A stretch of DNA of 64,000 bases from Parachlamydiales bacterium (GTDB lineage: Bacteria; Chlamydiota; Chlamydiia; Chlamydiales; JAJFMK01). The position numbers and the translations under genes are program-made. The notes beneath the pieces are model-generated. The model did not search any database. It saw nothing but the letters and a program-made list of their open reading frames with translations, and was not told the DNA's origin. The DNA lies in assembly GCA_963765145.1 (NCBI GenBank), contig CAVXVG010000021.1, positions 96,001 through 160,000 on the forward strand. Direction: 5' to 3'. The stretch's first letter is position 1, and every line of letters begins with the position of its first letter. Below, in pieces: positions 39,725 through 49,907 of the stretch.

Positions 39725-42700
39725 CTAAATGACAGGAAAGGTAGAATCTGTGTCTCTAATTTCCACATACTTGTCCTCTGCCAGCTTCGCTTCACGGATC
39801 ATGGGTAGGAGCTTTGAAGCAGAGTCAACTTCATCTGAGTCACCAAATACAATGGACTTAAGTGAACCTTTTATCATCAAGGAATGAAGTTCCCGCAACC
39901 GCCTTGACTCGGGCCGCCAGGGGAATATGAGCTTCGTAATGGAGCTATCCTTTACAAGCTTAGCTATTGACGCACCTTCTCCGTAGTAGCCTGTAAATTT
40001 GAGGCAGGTCACCTTAGGCAACCATGGCAGCAGGGATATAAAGGCTTCTGCCTCTTGAACACCGAAACCCATATGGTTTATGCATAATTGGTTACCAGTC
40101 ACACCCCCTTCATCATAAGGGAATTTTTCAGGAGACCAACCAAAGGGAGAGTGCCATTTAATCTTATCTTCTATCAAAGAAACTATAGTCCTTGAGATCG
40201 TTTCTTTATCAAACAATCTCAATAGAGGTAAGCCATTTTTCCACTCTTCCTCATATCTAAATTCAAATTTGCCATAAAGTAAGGCAAGGTACAAGCAGAC
40301 TGCAGCTCGAAAATCCACCTTTAACTCCTCTTCGAGAAAGCGATGTTTATTGAATAGAGGGAAATGCTTCAACGTAACCTCCTCTAAACTGACCTTTGGT
40401 GAACCTTCTAGCTGAAAGACTGTTTCAAGGTTAGGCCTTACGAAAAGTTCTGAAAGATGGGGGTTATGGCTTGCTTTTAGCTCTTTTAAGCCTCGAGCTT
40501 CTAACCGGAGTGTAGTGAGGCTTTGGCAGTTGGCAATGTGGAGGATTTCGAGTGAGGAGAATTTGAAGGAGGAGGCGAAGAGGTTGGGATTTTTGAAGGA
40601 TATGAGCTGGGAGGAACCACTGAGATAGAGCTCTTTGAGGGCTTGGCATTGCTGTAGCTCCGACGGGAATGAGGTGAGGCCGGAGCGGGAGAGGTTGAGG
40701 TGGGTGAGGTTTGGGTGGAGAAAAGAGGCGAGCAGTCCAGGTGTCAGAGCGCTGGCATTAAGAAGGCTGATGGAATTTGGTCGTTTTCCTTTGTGGGTGT
40801 AGTGGCTTAGCCCTTTGAGGAAAAGCTGTTGTCTTTCAGGTGTGATTTTTTCAAAATCGACCTCTAGGCAAATTCTATCATTCTTGATGGTGACAAGGGC
40901 GCCGGAGGCACTTAGAAGCGTATAAGCAGCAAGTTCTTCTTCCTGTTCCTTGAGTGAGAAGAATTTTTTCTTCTCTATCTCTTCTGCTGTGGGAATAGTC
41001 CCGAGACTTGCCTTGAATGATTGTGAAGAGGTCATCGAAGCTTCAGTCCTTTTGCCAAGGACCGCTTGCAGTTTATTCGAAGGGGTTGCCCCTTTAGCTT
41101 TGCTATAATAGGCAGCTAATTGCTCACCGAGTGGGTTTGCTCTGTTCTCTTCTCCCCTTAAAGTGACAATCCATTTTAAAAGATCGCTACCTAGGGTCTC
41201 TTCTGGACGAATCTTTGCTAGCTCTTGCTGGATCACATGGAGCTGCGCGCAAAAAGTCGCCATCGTCCCCTCCCTTAAGAGAAGATACGGGGTGAATTTG
41301 TTGTTGGAGTCCTCTGTGTAGAGCTTTTCTCTCTCTTTGTCATCGGGAAAAAGGGCTACATAGGCCGCCTCCCGCTCTTTTAGATCTTGCATCCAGCTTG
41401 GAAAGAGGTGCTCTGGAAAGAGTTTAGTCCATAACTCAACTGCGCCTGGATGCAGATACCAAGGAGAAAGGCAAAAGAGGATTGAGGAAAATTTGACCGT
41501 TTTCATCCCATATTCTCGGACGATCGGCTCAACTAAAATGTCCTCATTATCTACAAAATGCACCCTATTCCGATCGTCGACAACGCCGTTCAACCGCTTC
41601 CAATCCCCAGGGCAAAGGAGAAGAGAGAGAAGGGACATGTGGGTTAAAGACTCAGAGGAAAAAGTTTCCTTCTCGTTCAAAGGTGTCCCTTCCACTGTTT
41701 GAGAGGCAAGAACCGGGTAGCTCACTCGGCCCACTTCAAAACGGAGCAATTCAGAAGGAGGAATCCCTCCCCCACAAATTCGCGCTGCAAGGGAGTAAGC
41801 AACATACTCCTTCATGGGGCTCGGTTTTTGCTTGAGATGAAGATTTACCCCTTCACTTTGGATGTGGCAAACATTGTGGAGAGCACTAGAGTATTCCTTT
41901 TTGAGGTTGTTTCCCTCCATGTAATTGCTGATAAGATCTTGCTTTAAGTAGCGAATCTCTGAAAAAAAGGAGCTTTTAACCGCAACAGAGGTAGGTTCTG
42001 TTTGCGTGATCGCTTCAATCTGCGCTCTCAGTTTCGCTATTTCCTTTGCGGCAGAGATCCGGCGACCATCGATGTTAGGGATCAAGGCAAGCTGGTCTGC
42101 AATGGGCCCCTCAGGAAGAGCATTGAGGTAAGCTTCTCGTAATGGTTCAAAAGCGATCTTTGTAGAGAGCATCTTGTAGAGTTTTTTGTGCTGAGTCAAA
42201 GGAGCATCTTGAAGATGTTTTACTAAGTGCTCTACCCGAGGGATAAAAGTCAGAGGGTCGGCTTCCGACCCCAGAATCTCTTCTATCGCCATCTCTGCTA
42301 AAGAGGTGGGTTGGAATTCGGGATTATTTTCTTTTCTCTGGAGGAAAAAAGAGAGGGGGCCAAAGACCAGATGCCGGAGGTTTTCAAAGTCGATTTCCTT
42401 TGAAGGGCAGCTTAAAGTCCCCCTCAAATGGTGAATATCAAGGAGGGAAAGGACCTCACGAAGATAAGCTCTATCCTCAGGCAGCTTTTCGAACAGTTGA
42501 TCGATCACATGGAAGGGGGCACCAGATGCGATGTGACACGCTAATGCCAACTTGCGTAAAAGCTCTTTAAGCGATGCTCTCGGCGTGGCAGGAGTTAAAG
42601 TGTCCTCCACGAGCGGTGCATTGCACGCCTCCACCCAATCCTTCAGCTCGGGAACACGATCAAAGATGACGGAGGAGAACAGGTAAGCGATTCGATCTGA

Positions 42701-43720
42701 AAGCGAGACGGGAGCAAGAGTTTCAACTTTCTTTTTTGTCTCGATCAATTGTTGCAATTGCTCTAGTACCGGGTCACCTTCCAGAATCTGCTGATGGGGA
42801 TGCTCGAGGAGTATTTGTAAAAGTTCATCTCCTAACTTCGGGTAATTTGCTACAGAGAAGGGGCGCTCCTCTTCAATTTCTACCGAAAATCTTGCCAACG
42901 CTTGGGTCCGATCCCCAAAGACAACAAGCTCATCATAAGTAGGAGTATCCGAGGGATAAAAAATTTTGCCCGAAGGGTCGCCTGCATCACCGACAAGTGC
43001 ATAGTGGGCATCGTGGTGATCAAACCTTTCGCCCCCTCTTAGCGTCTCCATGTCTTCTTTTAAAGCAATATAGGGTTCTGTGACAGCCACAAAGGCAAAA
43101 ATCAGGTGCCGCTTGGCGTACTTTACAGCATATTCCATGCTTGTCGTGAAGTAACACCCACTCCCAATGTAACCAGCATCCGTGCTACTGCCTGGAATTC
43201 CTCTTAGCTCATTGTGTTTGCCAAAATGGGTAAACCCAATCTCTCCGCAAATAGAGTGGCATTTTTCAGCGGAACTTCCATGGATAACAGGGACCACCCG
43301 CACTTTGTTTAGCAGACGTTTTTTGACTTTTACTCGATAAGAGTCTGTCATCTCCCGCCATTTTGTTAAATTTTCTACCCTCCGGCTATCTGTAATAGGT
43401 TGCCGTGGAAACTCTTCGGCTGCTTTCTCAAGGCTTACAAAGCTTTTTTTAAAAATGGTTATATTTTCTTTCTGCTCAATAACAGAGATCCGTTTGACTC
43501 TCCACTTAGAGCTTTTGTCGGCTTCGCAGTATTTCCATATAAAAATCCCTTCCGAATCATCGAGAGTCACCAAGCACTTCTTATAGGTGCTCCCCTCTAC
43601 GAAAGGGGCTTTTGCCACCTGCTCCTGCAATTTTGCACTCAATCGAAGTGGATCCTCAGGATATGGGAGAAAAGCCGTTAACCCGGGTAAATATTGATGC
43701 GCATGAAAACCGCTCGACAT
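39725..43720 (-). CDS. Multidomain effector-like protein: PARP-like ART + PI3/4K/HipA-like kinase + LRR
   Basis: VIHGSS, GYIGSGCYFT, YDELVVF; LHLKQKP...E, PGDWKRLN, VDNE; LTHLNLS...LKELYLSG...LEILHIANC. Confidence 0.7.
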   Translation of the reverse strand: MSSGFHAHQYLPGLTAFLPYPEDPLRLSAKLQEQVAKAPFVEGSTYKKCLVTLDDSEGIFIWKYCEADKSSKWRVKRISVIEQKENITIFKKSFVSLEKAAEEFPRQPITDSRRVENLTKWREMTDSYRVKVKKRLLNKVRVVPVIHGSSAEKCHSICGEIGFTHFGKHNELRGIPGSSTDAGYIGSGCYFTTSMEYAVKYAKRHLIFAFVAVTEPYIALKEDMETLRGGERFDHHDAHYALVGDAGDPSGKIFYPSDTPTYDELVVFGDRTQALARFSVEIEEERPFSVANYPKLGDELLQILLEHPHQQILEGDPVLEQLQQLIETKKKVETLAPVSLSDRIAYLFSSVIFDRVPELKDWVEACNAPLVEDTLTPATPRASLKELLRKLALACHIASGAPFHVIDQLFEKLPEDRAYLREVLSLLDIHHLRGTLSCPSKEIDFENLRHLVFGPLSFFLQRKENNPEFQPTSLAEMAIEEILGSEADPLTFIPRVEHLVKHLQDAPLTQHKKLYKMLSTKIAFEPLREAYLNALPEGPIADQLALIPNIDGRRISAAKEIAKLRAQIEAITQTEPTSVAVKSSFFSEIRYLKQDLISNYMEGNNLKKEYSSALHNVCHIQSEGVNLHLKQKPSPMKEYVAYSLAARICGGGIPPSELLRFEVGRVSYPVLASQTVEGTPLNEKETFSSESLTHMSLLSLLLCPGDWKRLNGVVDDRNRVHFVDNEDILVEPIVREYGMKTVKFSSILFCLSPWYLHPGAVELWTKLFPEHLFPSWMQDLKEREAAYVALFPDDKEREKLYTEDSNNKFTPYLLLREGTMATFCAQLHVIQQELAKIRPEETLGSDLLKWIVTLRGEENRANPLGEQLAAYYSKAKGATPSNKLQAVLGKRTEASMTSSQSFKASLGTIPTAEEIEKKKFFSLKEQEEELAAYTLLSASGALVTIKNDRICLEVDFEKITPERQQLFLKGLSHYTHKGKRPNSISLLNASALTPGLLASFLHPNLTHLNLSRSGLTSFPSELQQCQALKELYLSGSSQLISFKNPNLFASSFKFSSLEILHIANCQSLTTLRLEARGLKELKASHNPHLSELFVRPNLETVFQLEGSPKVSLEEVTLKHFPLFNKHRFLEEELKVDFRAAVCLYLALLYGKFEFRYEEEWKNGLPLLRLFDKETISRTIVSLIEDKIKWHSPFGWSPEKFPYDEGGVTGNQLCINHMGFGVQEAEAFISLLPWLPKVTCLKFTGYYGEGASIAKLVKDSSITKLIFPWRPESRRLRELHSLMIKGSLKSIVFGDSDEVDSASKLLPMIREAKLAEDKYVEIRDTDSTFPVI

Positions 43721-43721
43721 A

Positions 43722-44924
43722 CTATTGAGCCAGGTAAACGGCGGGGTCGAGCTCTTTTTCTTTTTTAGCTACGTAAATGCTGCAGACAGCGTCGCCGAGG
43801 ACATTGAGGGTTGTCCCTCCCATTTCTCGTAATCGGTCGATACCGGCTAGGATGGCCACCCCTTCTATCGGGAGCCCTGCGGCACTGATAACAGCTGTCA
43901 GCATGATGAAACCGGAGCCAGGGATACCGGCTGTTCCGATAGCAGCTAAAGTCGCTGTCAAAACTATGGTGATGATTTGATTAAAATCTAACGTGATACC
44001 GTATGCCTGAGCAATAAAAAGGGCGGCAGATGCTTGGTAAAGGGCCGTTCCATTCATATTGATGGTTGCTCCAAGAGGAAGCATGAAACCGGAAATGCTT
44101 TTTGACACACCAAGCTTATCTTGCACGCAGCTCATCGATACAGGCAGTGTGGCAGAACTTGAGCAGGTGGTAAAAGCCATGACAATCGCATCGCTCATTC
44201 CACGGAAAAAAGGGATGATGGGCATCTTTGCCATCTGTTTCAAAATGAAGCAAAAAACAACCAAGATATGGACGGCGTAGCCTAAATAAAGGCCTCCTAA
44301 AAGCTTTAGTAGAGGCAAAATCGCTTTGATTCCAAACGTACCAAACACCCAAGCCATCAAAGCAAACACAGCATAAGGGGTCAGTTCGATGATCATGCTG
44401 GTGACCTTGATCATCACATCAGCTAACGATTCCATGACCCGCAAAAGAGGTTTTCCTCTCTCGCCGCTAAAGCTGATTCCAAAGCCAAAGATAACTGAGA
44501 AAATGATGATCTGTAAAACATGCCCTTCAGCTAAAGACAACACCGGATTTCTTGGTAAGATGGAGGAAATTAACTCTCCAAGTGTAAGTGGAGCGACGGG
44601 AGTAGCCACAGTCGCCACATCCATGTGGAGGCCGGCTCCAGGCTGGATCCATGTGGTGATTAAAAGGCCAATGAGGATCGCAAAGACCGTTGTGATAAGG
44701 TACAACATTAAAGTCATGATCCCGACTCGACCCATTTTTTTGGGGTCATGGATGTTGGTCACACCCACTGTCATCGAGGCAAACACCAGCAATGGAATGA
44801 TCATATTGATCAATTGCAAAAAGGCATCGCCAAACACTTTTAACCAAAGAACCTGATCTTGAAAGATAAGACCGGTTATCGTCCCTAGGAACATCCCTAT
44901 CAAAATCTTTTGCCACAGTTTCAT
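43722..44924 (-). CDS. gltT: Dicarboxylate/amino acid:cation symporter
   Basis: FTTCSSSATLP, GATINMNGTALY, IDRLREM. Confidence 0.9.
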   Translation of the reverse strand: MKLWQKILIGMFLGTITGLIFQDQVLWLKVFGDAFLQLINMIIPLLVFASMTVGVTNIHDPKKMGRVGIMTLMLYLITTVFAILIGLLITTWIQPGAGLHMDVATVATPVAPLTLGELISSILPRNPVLSLAEGHVLQIIIFSVIFGFGISFSGERGKPLLRVMESLADVMIKVTSMIIELTPYAVFALMAWVFGTFGIKAILPLLKLLGGLYLGYAVHILVVFCFILKQMAKMPIIPFFRGMSDAIVMAFTTCSSSATLPVSMSCVQDKLGVSKSISGFMLPLGATINMNGTALYQASAALFIAQAYGITLDFNQIITIVLTATLAAIGTAGIPGSGFIMLTAVISAAGLPIEGVAILAGIDRLREMGGTTLNVLGDAVCSIYVAKKEKELDPAVYLAQ

Positions 44925-45823
44925 TGTTTTATCCGTTTACAAGTTTTAACGACTTTATCCCAAATATCTTGGCCTTCTAGAATCTTGAGTTGAATCTGAA
45001 GAGGAGCCACTTCAAGGGGAAAAGAGCCGAGAGGAAGTTTGACCCAGTCTTTCTCTGTGCAGAGAACGACTGTTGCCCCTCTATTTTCGCATGATTGGAT
45101 AAAATCGTCCAATTTTTCTCTTGTTGGCGCCGCATGATCTGGCAAAAACCAGTGGTTTACGATTTCGGCCCCTGCAAGCCTTAATCCTTTTGCGACCTGT
45201 TCAGGTTTCCCCACCCCGCAAAACAGCCCCACCTTTTTTCCGGTTAAGCTCTTTTCATCCCACTTTCCCACTAGTTGTCTTTCCATCCGAACATATGGAC
45301 AAGCAGGAGCATAGTTGCCGCCCATCACAACAACCAGATCGGCGCGCTTCAAAGAGGATGAAAATTCTCTTAGCTTAAGAAAAGGGAAGGGAGCTTCTCC
45401 ATCGACAACAACAATTTCTACATCGCGCGCTAACCTTCGGTGTTGCATCGCGTCATCTAAAACCGTGATGGAAGCTTTGGCAAACCGGACCCCTCTTGGC
45501 CGATCGGGATCGACGATCACTCTGACAGAAGGCAGTCGTCTTTTGATTAAAAGAGGCTCATCTCCAACGACAGTTGGATCAGAATTTGAAAAAACTTCTA
45601 AGGGCAGGTCCTTGCTTTGGTATTGTCCCCGGTATCCTCGCGTGACTAAAGCGACCGATTCACCTTGCAGTTCTTCTAACAGCTTGAGGGCAACAGGCGT
45701 TTTACCCGTACCGCCATACGTCAAATTTCCGATGCTAATGACAACTGTTTCGGGCACTCTGTCGATTTTTAAAAAATGGTGATCGTAAAGCCAGTTACGG
45801 ATCAGGTTAACGAGTGGCAGCAT
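44921..45823 (-). CDS. lpxK: Tetraacyldisaccharide 4'-kinase
   Basis: SIGNLTYGGTGKTP, GDEPLL, LDDAMQH, CTEKDWVKL. Start uncertain. Confidence 0.93.
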   Translation of the reverse strand: MLPLVNLIRNWLYDHHFLKIDRVPETVVISIGNLTYGGTGKTPVALKLLEELQGESVALVTRGYRGQYQSKDLPLEVFSNSDPTVVGDEPLLIKRRLPSVRVIVDPDRPRGVRFAKASITVLDDAMQHRRLARDVEIVVVDGEAPFPFLKLREFSSSLKRADLVVVMGGNYAPACPYVRMERQLVGKWDEKSLTGKKVGLFCGVGKPEQVAKGLRLAGAEIVNHWFLPDHAAPTREKLDDFIQSCENRGATVVLCTEKDWVKLPLGSFPLEVAPLQIQLKILEGQDIWDKVVKTCKRIKQ

Positions 45824-46409
45824 GAGAGACACGTTCAGCGCTAATCTGAAAAAACATCCTTTCTTCAACCGCTTTGATCATCATATGGATAGCTGCCATA
45901 TGGACCTCTTGGATCCTGTCGCTTGTAGAAGCGGAACCGACAATCCATTCCAGGTCGGCGAGCCCTTTCATCCTACCTCCCCCTTTTCCTAGAAAGGCGA
46001 TCGTTTTCAATCCTCTCTCTTTGGCTCTGTTAAGGGCACGGTATAAATTTTCAGAGTTGCCACTGGTCGTCAAGGCGACAAAGACATCTAAAGGTTGCCC
46101 GTAAGCTTCAACCCCCCTAGCAAACACCTCATCAAAACCGACGTCATTTCCCACACAGGTGATGTGACCCGGTTCTGTCAGGGCGATGGCAGGCAGTGGA
46201 GGACGTTTCTTGTGAAAAAAACCTGTTAACTCTTCTGCAAAATGGGCCGCATCGCAAAGCGATCCCCCATTTCCGGCGACGATGATTTTTCTTCCATTTT
46301 GGAAAGTTTCAATCAAAAGCTGAGAAGCGCTTTCTAAAAAATGGAGTCCGTCAGCTGTTTGCAGCTCTTTCAAACACAAAATGGCTTGGTCAATATCGGC
46401 GTGGAACAT
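45807..46409 (-). CDS. gmhA: Phosphoheptose isomerase
   Basis: GNGGSLCDAAHFAEE, TTSGNS, RIQEVH. Confidence 0.93.
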   Translation of the reverse strand: MFHADIDQAILCLKELQTADGLHFLESASQLLIETFQNGRKIIVAGNGGSLCDAAHFAEELTGFFHKKRPPLPAIALTEPGHITCVGNDVGFDEVFARGVEAYGQPLDVFVALTTSGNSENLYRALNRAKERGLKTIAFLGKGGGRMKGLADLEWIVGSASTSDRIQEVHMAAIHMMIKAVEERMFFQISAERVSHAATR

Positions 46410-46455
46410 GTCACTAGTTTAATGAATTGTACTGTTTCTGATAACCTCCGAATTT

Positions 46456-47055
46456 ATGCAAGACACAATAAAAAAACCATTTACACTTCCACTCGGCTCT
46501 AAAGCTCCAAATTTTTCTTTGAAAGGCACCGATGGGAAGCTCCATTCTCTTAACGATTTCAAAAAACCAAAAGGGATCGTTATTTTCTTCACCTGCAACC
46601 ATTGCCCTTACGTTAAAGCGTCTGACGAAGTCACCCGTGCAACTGTAGATAAATATGCCAAACAGGGTATTGCCTTCATCGGCATTAACTCAAACAGCGT
46701 GAACACAGTTCCTGAAGATTCTTTTGAAGAGATGATCCACCGCCACAAAGAACACCACTTTCCTTGGCTCTATTTACACGACCCGACGCAAGAAGTTGCC
46801 GTTGCATATGGAGCTTTGCGCACCCCCCACTTTTACCTTTTCAATGATAAAAAAGAGTTGGTCTACACCGGAAGAGCTGTCGATTCTCCCCGCGACCCGT
46901 TGAAAATAACAGTGAACGATCTAGAAAATGCTCTAGAAGAATTTGTGAACGGCAAACCGATCACAACACCACTGACAAACCCGATTGGGTGCAACGTCAA
47001 GTGGGAAGGTAAAGATAAAAAATGGATCCCAGGCGATGCCTGTGACTTAGTGTAA
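46456..47055 (+). CDS. Thioredoxin/redoxin (AhpC-TSA-like) family protein
   Basis: FTCNHCPYV, YGALRTP, IGCNVKW. Confidence 0.9.
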   Translation: MQDTIKKPFTLPLGSKAPNFSLKGTDGKLHSLNDFKKPKGIVIFFTCNHCPYVKASDEVTRATVDKYAKQGIAFIGINSNSVNTVPEDSFEEMIHRHKEHHFPWLYLHDPTQEVAVAYGALRTPHFYLFNDKKELVYTGRAVDSPRDPLKITVNDLENALEEFVNGKPITTPLTNPIGCNVKWEGKDKKWIPGDACDLV

Positions 47056-48143
47056 TGTTAACAATTGTCTCTCTCATTCTTATTCTGATTTTTTTCATTA
47101 GCGGAGCGCAGCCTGCGCCAACTCCTCATTTGGAATGGATAAGCGGCATCCAAGGGTTTATTTCAGCCGTTGCCCTCTTTTTTTATGCCTTCTGGCTTTA
47201 TAGCCGGTCTAAAATGAGAGCTAAACTGAAAATGTACGCCTCTCCTCTGATTGCAAAGCTAGAGGCCCCTTGCCGCCCTTTCTTCATTTACATCCTTCCT
47301 TTGGTCGCCCTCGTCTCTTTGATCCCTCCTCTACTATTTGATACAGGGTTTTGGACAGATACACGCGGCGTTCTAGCGGTTCATTTCTTTTTGATCGCCC
47401 TCTTTTTGGATCTTTTCATCTTTGCCTCAAGACATGGATCTGAAAAGATCACTATCGGAGAAGAGAAAGAGCTTGGAGATTACAAAGGCAACATCGATGG
47501 CGCCGTTGAATCGGTTTTAAAAGGGATAAAATCTAATAGCTTAACTCTTGCTGATAAGGGTTTACAACTTATTCCTAGCGGATTTTCAGACCATGTGACT
47601 GGGCTTGAATATAGGGCACTATATCTTTTTGATAATTTAGAGCTCATTGGCCGAAAAGCTACAGAAAAGGACTTTCTCCCTTTTGTTCAGGCCGTTTTAG
47701 GAAGGGTATTGAGGCTGAGCGGACATCTTCTCCATCAAATGCCCTCTCTAGCCACTGCCGGGGTTGAAACAGCCGGCCGGCTCATCCATTCTGAAATCCA
47801 TCAAGGGCACTCGGAAGCCGCTGAGAAAGGGCTTTATACTTTTGTGCAAGGGGTAAGAGGTTTAAAGCACCTGCCGGTGGGCCTTGGTGATTATCTAATA
47901 CGAAATATTCTGGAAATTGAAAATGGGCTTGAAAATCTTTATAAAGCTGACAAGACACGCTCTGTGAAGTCGTTATTGGTGCCTCTTGCAGAATTAAAAG
48001 CTGTGTTTCAAGAACCACGGTTCCAAGAAAATCCTGAAACGATTTTAGGGCAGCGAGAGCTTGACCGTGTTGTCGACATCTATAAATCACTCGACAGTGT
48101 CGTCACCGCCCAAAAATCGGCTCCCCCACAGGAACAAGCTTAA
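47055..48143 (+). CDS. Hypothetical membrane protein
   Basis: Four N-terminal hydrophobic helices, TAATG-coupled to the upstream gene. Confidence 0.7.
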   Translation: MLTIVSLILILIFFISGAQPAPTPHLEWISGIQGFISAVALFFYAFWLYSRSKMRAKLKMYASPLIAKLEAPCRPFFIYILPLVALVSLIPPLLFDTGFWTDTRGVLAVHFFLIALFLDLFIFASRHGSEKITIGEEKELGDYKGNIDGAVESVLKGIKSNSLTLADKGLQLIPSGFSDHVTGLEYRALYLFDNLELIGRKATEKDFLPFVQAVLGRVLRLSGHLLHQMPSLATAGVETAGRLIHSEIHQGHSEAAEKGLYTFVQGVRGLKHLPVGLGDYLIRNILEIENGLENLYKADKTRSVKSLLVPLAELKAVFQEPRFQENPETILGQRELDRVVDIYKSLDSVVTAQKSAPPQEQA

Positions 48144-48265
48144 TCGCGCGAAGCGTTTGGAGTGCTCCTGAGCCCGTTGCGATGCTCGCATAAGTTGGCA
48201 ACAACAGCATCACAAAACAAAATATTGAAGTGGTGTTCTCAAATGGTCTATAAATAGACCTTTCT

Positions 48266-49309
48266 ATGACAAAATCACTCTTTCTTTCGAAAAAGATTCT
48301 TAAGTCAACACTAAGTTTATTTTTCTTTTTTCTCATTTTTTCATCGCCTCTTCTTTCGGATGATGACGTCTGTTTAGGCGAAACAACCGACGACACCTCA
48401 TCTAAAACTGATAAACCCGAAGAAGAAAAGAAGTCTGACGAAGACAAATCGGACGATAAAGATTCTGAAGAAGGAAAAAAGGACGATAAAGACAAATCCG
48501 ATGACAAAGAAGAGAGCAAGTATTTAAAAATCGGCAACTTAGCCCTTCCAAATTCTCAACAACCGGGACCATTGGTTGGTCTTGGGGAAAACATCATAGA
48601 TGAGGGGCAGTCACAGGTTTTTCTATTTTTCGATGATTTCTTAGGAAGAAAAAAGTTTTTCATCGACGTAGTTCCCGGCTATTTATACGGAATCACAGAC
48701 GACTTTTCAGTTTTCTTTAACCTTCCTTACGCCCCAAAATATGGAGATGGCCCTTTTTATGCCGCAGGGTTTGAAGACTTTTTTGCACAATTTGAATATG
48801 CCTATTACACAGATGAACAGTTATGTTACCTCGACCAGGGCACTGTTTTACTCTCTTTTTTCATCCCATCGGGTTCGATAAAGAAAATACCGGCTACAGG
48901 GTTTGGCCCTCTAGTGTTTTTTGGAACAACTTTTAGCCGGACAGCAGTAGATTGGTTTGGTTTTACCTCCTACGGAGCCATCATAACCAAATCTTGTTGT
49001 GGCACCAGAGTCGGCAACAACTACTTTTACGAAGGTGGCTTTGGCCGTAACATTTGGTACATTACCGATGAAGCAATCTTATCCTGGATGGTTGAAATAA
49101 ACGGCCTATACACTGAAAGAAACAGAGATCAATACAGACTAAACCCAGATTCAGGCGGCAATGTTATCTATGTTAACCCCTCTCTTTGGTACTCTACAAA
49201 AGACCTTATTGTTCAAGTAGGCGGAGGGTATGCCGTAATCCAGAACCTTAATGGACGTCAAAATAAAGAAGGCTTTTTCCTAGCCTTTAACTTAGGTTGG
49301 ACGTTGTAA
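48266..49309 (+). CDS. Putative outer-membrane beta-barrel protein
   Basis: Signal peptide, D/E/K-rich linker, aromatic alternating strands, DSGGNVIYVNP, terminal GWTL. Confidence 0.6.
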   Translation: MTKSLFLSKKILKSTLSLFFFFLIFSSPLLSDDDVCLGETTDDTSSKTDKPEEEKKSDEDKSDDKDSEEGKKDDKDKSDDKEESKYLKIGNLALPNSQQPGPLVGLGENIIDEGQSQVFLFFDDFLGRKKFFIDVVPGYLYGITDDFSVFFNLPYAPKYGDGPFYAAGFEDFFAQFEYAYYTDEQLCYLDQGTVLLSFFIPSGSIKKIPATGFGPLVFFGTTFSRTAVDWFGFTSYGAIITKSCCGTRVGNNYFYEGGFGRNIWYITDEAILSWMVEINGLYTERNRDQYRLNPDSGGNVIYVNPSLWYSTKDLIVQVGGGYAVIQNLNGRQNKEGFFLAFNLGWTL

Positions 49310-49907
49310 ACGGGGGCTCTGACCGAAATTCCAGTTTTTCCTGCGTGATAGGATGAGGAATGGAGAAGTAGGTATGGTGCAGCAAAATCCCAGGAGATAA
49401 GTTGCTTTTTTTGGCCCCATATTTGACATCGCCTACAATCGGATGGCCTCTAGAAGCTAGCTGCAGCCTAATTTGGTGATATCTTCCTGTTTCTAACGTG
49501 ATCAATAAAAGAGTGCGATCTCTTTCTTTTTGTACGATTTTGTAATTAAGAGACGATTCTTTTCCCTCTTGATCAAGTTTTGCATGGTGAGAGGCATGTG
49601 CAATCTTATCGACAAGCCGCTTTTCCTCCTTTATCTCACCCTCAATCCAAGCTAAGTACCTCTTTTCACAATTCCGCTCTCTTAAGGAAGCCTGCAGCCT
49701 AGAAAGAGCTTTTGAACTTCTTGCAAAGACAACAATGCCGCTTGTCGGTTGATCGAGACGATGGATCGGATGGATAAAAGGTGTGCCCGTACGCCCCTCT
49801 CGAGCATTGATCTCTTCTTGAAGCTGTTTTAGAGCCATTTCATCTTGAGTTTCAACCCCTGCAGGCTTATCCCAGACAAACAGCTGTCTTTCAAGATATA
49901 AAATCAT
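49287..49907 (-). CDS. RluA-family pseudouridine synthase
   Basis: DKPAG, HRLDQPTSG, TGRYHQIR, PIVGD.KYG. Confidence 0.92.
   Translation of the reverse strand: MILYLERQLFVWDKPAGVETQDEMALKQLQEEINAREGRTGTPFIHPIHRLDQPTSGIVVFARSSKALSRLQASLRERNCEKRYLAWIEGEIKEEKRLVDKIAHASHHAKLDQEGKESSLNYKIVQKERDRTLLLITLETGRYHQIRLQLASRGHPIVGDVKYGAKKSNLSPGILLHHTYFSIPHPITQEKLEFRSEPPFTTSNLS

Noticed and set aside
48386..48520. D/E/K-rich quasi-repeat
   Set aside because: Low-complexity linker within a CDS, not a DNA repeat array.
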